Shown: one piece after another, positions 25,188-28,674 of the stretch | How positions within the stretch are numbered: the first letter of the stretch is position 1 | Layout of the letters: each line of letters opens with the position of its first letter | Origin: Fimbriimonadales bacterium | GTDB taxonomy: Bacteria > Armatimonadota > Fimbriimonadia > Fimbriimonadales > JABRVX01 | Length of the DNA stretch: 28,674 nucleotides | Direction: 5' to 3' | Assembly: GCA_045862955.1 (NCBI GenBank) | Contig: BTVI01000039.1 | Span: 1 to 28,674 of the forward strand | The notes under the pieces: generated by a model | What the model saw: only the letters and a program-made list of their open reading frames with translations | Databases searched by the model: none | What the model was told of the DNA's origin: nothing | Position numbers and translations under genes: made by a program

Positions 25188-26656
25188 AACCCGTCGGGGC
25201 CGCCAGGGACCGGAGGGCCACCGAGTTTGGCCACCGCCGTATAGGTCTCGTAGTCGTACTCGAGCACCAGCGTGCCTTCGGCGGGCACCACGGATTGCCA
25301 TTCGACTTTGTACACCGCATTGGGGTCGCCAGTGAACACCTGAGTGTCCTTGACGACTCCGCCACCTCCGACCTTGGTCAGCTTACCACGCACGGTTCGG
25401 GTGATCTTGATCGGGGCGTCGGCCTTCCGGAAGTTGGTGACCTTCAGGGTGCCCTTCATGATCACGGGCAGGAACTGGGTCTGCCCGATGGTCACCACCT
25501 TGCCTCGCTCTACCTCGACGTCGGTGCGCTCGGTGCGCAATCCGATCCCGCGGGCTAGGCGCAACTCAGCATAGGAGCCGCTCGGTGTGTACTTGATGGT
25601 CTCCTGGCCAACCGGCTTTCCGTCCTCGATGACGAATACCGGGCCGTTGGTGAAAGGCTGTCCGGAGCGGTTCTCGATCTTGAGGATGTAGCTCAACTCG
25701 TCGCCATCTGCCAGCCACTCGAACTGCGGTGTGACAGGGGTGGTGTGTTGGAAGATGGTGACCATCGCGATGTCGCCCTTTTCGAGAGACAGGCTCGGCT
25801 TGGTGTAGTAAAACAGCTCGCCTGCGCCCTCGCCTGCCAACGAGACGAGCGGGGGCGGGGGCATCGCCGTCATCCCGGGGGCTTTGGTGGCAAAGCCTGC
25901 GTCCCCCTTCTCGGTCTCCTTCAATTCGGCGGGCTCTGTCCCGGCGACGAACGTCTCGCCCTGCCCGCGGTTGGACAGGTGCGGTGAGCCCACCACGAAC
26001 AGCACGTCGGTCGAGCTGAGTGCCTCAGGGAGGTTCAGGATGTTGCCCCGAAGGGTCAGCGTGCCCATCCCCTTCCCTTTCATCTCCAGCACGTAGCTCG
26101 GCTCCCAACGAACCCCTTCCTGGATGTAACTCATCCCGATGGTGGTCACCTTCTCTTTGTCTTCGGTGGCCAATTTGATGCGCAGCGGGTACCCGACCAG
26201 CATGATCTTCTGGATCGCGTCATACCGGATGGCGGTGAACGCACCGCCGATGTCCAAGAGGATCATGTCGTCCAGCAGCTTGGACAACTTGCCAGAAAAG
26301 TTCTTGCCCGAAGCATCGATCGAGAGCTGGAGTCCGATCTTGTTCTCCAGCGCTTTCTTGATTGCCTCGGCGCCTTTGGCGTCAATCACGTTGCTCTTGA
26401 CAGACTGCAACAGCTCGATGGAATCTGCCGGGTCTCCCGGATAGACCCAGATGGTGCCGCGCACTGCGGTCGGCACCGACTTGGCGGTGGCCCAGCCGTC
26501 CTCCAGCTTCACCCTTCCCTCACGCACGTAGTAGCCGAAACCGTCCTGGAAAATCGCGACGGTCTTGAGCGACGGCTCGAAGGCCATGTTCTTGGGATCA
26601 TCGGCAATAGCCGAGCCTGCTATCAACAGCAACCCGGCGAACATCGTCAAACGCAT
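25184..26656 (-). CDS. Secreted DUF4139/DUF4140-like protein (490 aa)
   Basis: ATG with GGAGGAG SD; signal peptide MRLTMFAGLLLIAGSAIA. Motifs VAIFQDGFGY.VRE, SY...GVRWEPSY, ELFYY, LKIENRSGQPFTNGP. Confidence 0.72.
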   Translation of the reverse strand: MRLTMFAGLLLIAGSAIADDPKNMAFEPSLKTVAIFQDGFGYYVREGRVKLEDGWATAKSVPTAVRGTIWVYPGDPADSIELLQSVKSNVIDAKGAEAIKKALENKIGLQLSIDASGKNFSGKLSKLLDDMILLDIGGAFTAIRYDAIQKIMLVGYPLRIKLATEDKEKVTTIGMSYIQEGVRWEPSYVLEMKGKGMGTLTLRGNILNLPEALSSTDVLFVVGSPHLSNRGQGETFVAGTEPAELKETEKGDAGFATKAPGMTAMPPPPLVSLAGEGAGELFYYTKPSLSLEKGDIAMVTIFQHTTPVTPQFEWLADGDELSYILKIENRSGQPFTNGPVFVIEDGKPVGQETIKYTPSGSYAELRLARGIGLRTERTDVEVERGKVVTIGQTQFLPVIMKGTLKVTNFRKADAPIKITRTVRGKLTKVGGGGVVKDTQVFTGDPNAVYKVEWQSVVPAEGTLVLEYDYETYTAVAKLGGPPVPGGPDGF

Positions 26657-26757
26657 ATGCTCCTCCGCTTCCTCTCTCGAGGCACCTCGCGGTCCATGTC
26701 GGCCGCACTCACCCGCTTCGGCAGGACCGGGACCGCCTCCTGCAGAAGCTGGGAAAG

Positions 26758-28089
26758 ATGCTTCGTCGGTCCCGCCCGCTCTGGCCGATGGTCCTCCTCA
26801 GCGTCGCGTTCCTGGCGTTGTGCACGGCCTACAACTTGCGGACGCCGTATCGAACGGCCGGCTTCTACGTGCCCAGCGGACTGGAGATGCCTATCGGGGG
26901 CGACGTGGGGACCAGGGTAGCCGAGGTCATCCCGGACATCGGGGCCCCGGACGAGCGGGCGCACGTCAACTACATCCGACACCTTCTGCGCGAGCGCAGC
27001 TTCCCGGTGTTTCGAGTGGGAGACGGCGAGGGCTACGAGAACCACCAACCGCCGCTCTACTACTTGTCGTTGGTGGCGGTGGGGGCGCTCGCAGGCGACG
27101 ACACGAAGGCGGAAGGTTTCCTGCTGCGGCTAGCCACCAGCGTAATCGCGCTGGCGACTGTATGGCTGTGTTACTTCACCATGAGACGTCTGGTTGCCTC
27201 GGATGTCTTGGCCATAGCAGCCACCGCCTGTGCCGTACTTTTGCCCAGCTACGTGGCACTCAGCGCGTCGGTGAGCAACGATCCGCTGCTGATCCTGCTT
27301 TCTTGCGCCGTGCTGCTGCTGTGCGTGCAAGGTGGGCAAGAGCGCTGGACGTACCGGAAGGGTCTCGGCTGCGGAGTGCTGTGCGGGCTGGCACTCCTCA
27401 CCAAGACATCCGGCGTAGTGCTGGTGGCTTTCGCGGTGCTGGCGGTGTTGCTCACGACGCCGGGGGAGGGTGTCGGGAAACGGCTAGGCCTGGCAGTGAT
27501 CGTTGGATTGGTGGCCAGCGTCATCGCAGCGCCTTGGCTCGCGCGGAACGCGTCGCTTTACGGCGACCCGCTCGGGATGAAGATCTTCGAGGAGGGGTTC
27601 GCGGGTTCGCCACGGGCGGAGACCTTCATCGCTGCGTTCGGGGGAGGGGCGTATCTGGTGCAGTGGGTCGGGTGGTGGACGCTCCGCTCGTTGTTCGGTG
27701 TGTTCGGGTATGCGATGCTGCTGTTGCCGGGGTGGATATATGTCGTTGGCGCGATCGTGCTGCTGGTGTGTGCGGGCGGGATGGTACGAGCTCGCCTTCG
27801 GGATGGCGATGCCGCGGTTAGGCGAGGCTGGGCGCTGTGCGGGTTGCTGTTCGCCCTGGTGTTCTTAGCCTTCCTCAGGTTCAACATGACGTACTTCCAA
27901 GCGCAGGCTCGATATCTACTGCCGGCACTGAGCTCTCTGGCTCTGTTTCTCGGGGTGGGGTGGTCGGCGTGGCTGCCGGAGCGCCGCATCGCCTTTTCCT
28001 TCGTACTGCCGTTTCTGTTTCTGCTGCTGAACGTGTACGCGCTGCTTCTGATCGGACCGTCGTTCGACCGAGTCGCGATCCCGCGGTGA
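26758..28089 (+). CDS. GT-C superfamily membrane glycosyltransferase (ArnT/PMT_2 / DUF2142-like, 443 aa)
   Basis: Luminal PDERAH..YI, YENHQPPLYY, SVSND, LALLTK, PWLARN..LYGDP, QAQARYLLP; many TM helices. Start may be ATG 26788. Confidence 0.8.
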   Translation: MLRRSRPLWPMVLLSVAFLALCTAYNLRTPYRTAGFYVPSGLEMPIGGDVGTRVAEVIPDIGAPDERAHVNYIRHLLRERSFPVFRVGDGEGYENHQPPLYYLSLVAVGALAGDDTKAEGFLLRLATSVIALATVWLCYFTMRRLVASDVLAIAATACAVLLPSYVALSASVSNDPLLILLSCAVLLLCVQGGQERWTYRKGLGCGVLCGLALLTKTSGVVLVAFAVLAVLLTTPGEGVGKRLGLAVIVGLVASVIAAPWLARNASLYGDPLGMKIFEEGFAGSPRAETFIAAFGGGAYLVQWVGWWTLRSLFGVFGYAMLLLPGWIYVVGAIVLLVCAGGMVRARLRDGDAAVRRGWALCGLLFALVFLAFLRFNMTYFQAQARYLLPALSSLALFLGVGWSAWLPERRIAFSFVLPFLFLLLNVYALLLIGPSFDRVAIPR

Positions 28090-28156
28090 GGGGTTTCGGG
28101 GGCGCTCGCAGAGGGCGCCGAGGTGGCCAGGCGTCCCGAGCAGTGGTGGTGGGGCG

Positions 28157-28674
28157 ACACACGTGCTCGCGGGCCGGGGCATGGAATCGCCCCTCCCTCT
28201 CCCCCGTTCGCGGGGGAGAGGGTTGGGGTGCGGGGGGCCATCACCAGTCGCTGGCGTCGGATGCCTCGACGTTCGGCTGCTAGGTGGGTCGCTGGGCGAG
28301 GGCTCGGCGCCAGACTACAGCCGAAACGTCTAGGCATGGAAACGTGCGGTCAGCGGTCCCATGCTTCGACAGGCTCAGAATGGCGTCGCTAGTGACTCAT
28401 GCTTTGCAGCTGGTTAGAGATATGAAAGTGGTGAGGGCACACAACATGCCCTTTGCCGCGTCATGCTGAGCTTGTCGAAGCATGCGCCTGCTGCCGCCCA
28501 GGCCCTGCCCCGGCGCGGTCCTTAGGGACGAACCATGCCGTCGGTGGCTGCCAAGCGGCGGACGCGGGCCGGGGCATATACACACGTGCTCGCGGGCCGG
28601 GGCATGGAATCGCCCCTCCCTCTCCCCCGTTCGCGGGGGAGAGGGTTGGGGTGAGGGGGGCCATCACCAGTCGC
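28157..28674. repeat. Composite repeat island (95-bp direct repeat with family D, plus families A, B and C)
   Basis: 28157-28251 matches 28580-28674 with one mismatch seen. Family C at ~28262-28337, partial family A at ~28360-28378, inverted family A at ~28460-28484, family B at ~28505-28577. Confidence 0.85.

Noticed and set aside
25184..25240. PEP-CTERM-like sorting signal on the DUF4139 protein (…PPVPGGPDGF)
   Set aside because: No TM helix or basic tail follows. No exosortase substrate was identified in the window.
26565..27821. 418-aa alternative-frame ORF
   Set aside because: It is an Arg/Gly/Ala-rich off-frame shadow of the GT-C gene.

Overview
High-GC bacterial window, most likely Armatimonadota; this is inferred from the 'ILFPVFSQAR..A.Q..C.S' DUF1559 prepilin-type protein, a stand-alone STN-domain protein and an exosortase/EpsI locus. 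From left to right it holds: (1) REP-like palindrome arrays around two small secreted proteins; (2) a tightly coupled, lower-GC five-gene minus-strand operon (8489->2553) encoding a hypothetical helical protein, two tandem DUF2791/BrxD-like P-loop proteins (one intact, one apparently dead), a small unknown protein and an SNF2 helicase fused to an Mrr-type PD-(D/E)xK nuclease; (3) gpmA and a GH38 alpha-mannosidase; (4) a composite repeat island; (5) a DUF1559 protein; (6) a ten-gene Wza/Wzc exopolysaccharide-exosortase operon that also carries a polyprenyl-phosphate phosphoribosyltransferase and a GtrA flippase, and whose Wzc has Arg in place of the Walker A Lys; (7) a DUF4139 protein, a GT-C membrane glycosyltransferase and more repeats. 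The five-gene operon is the best candidate for an undescribed anti-phage system: it resembles Shango and BREX type 2 but matches neither. No rRNA, tRNA, CRISPR array, integrase or transposase was recognised. All family assignments come from motifs recognised by eye, not from database searches.
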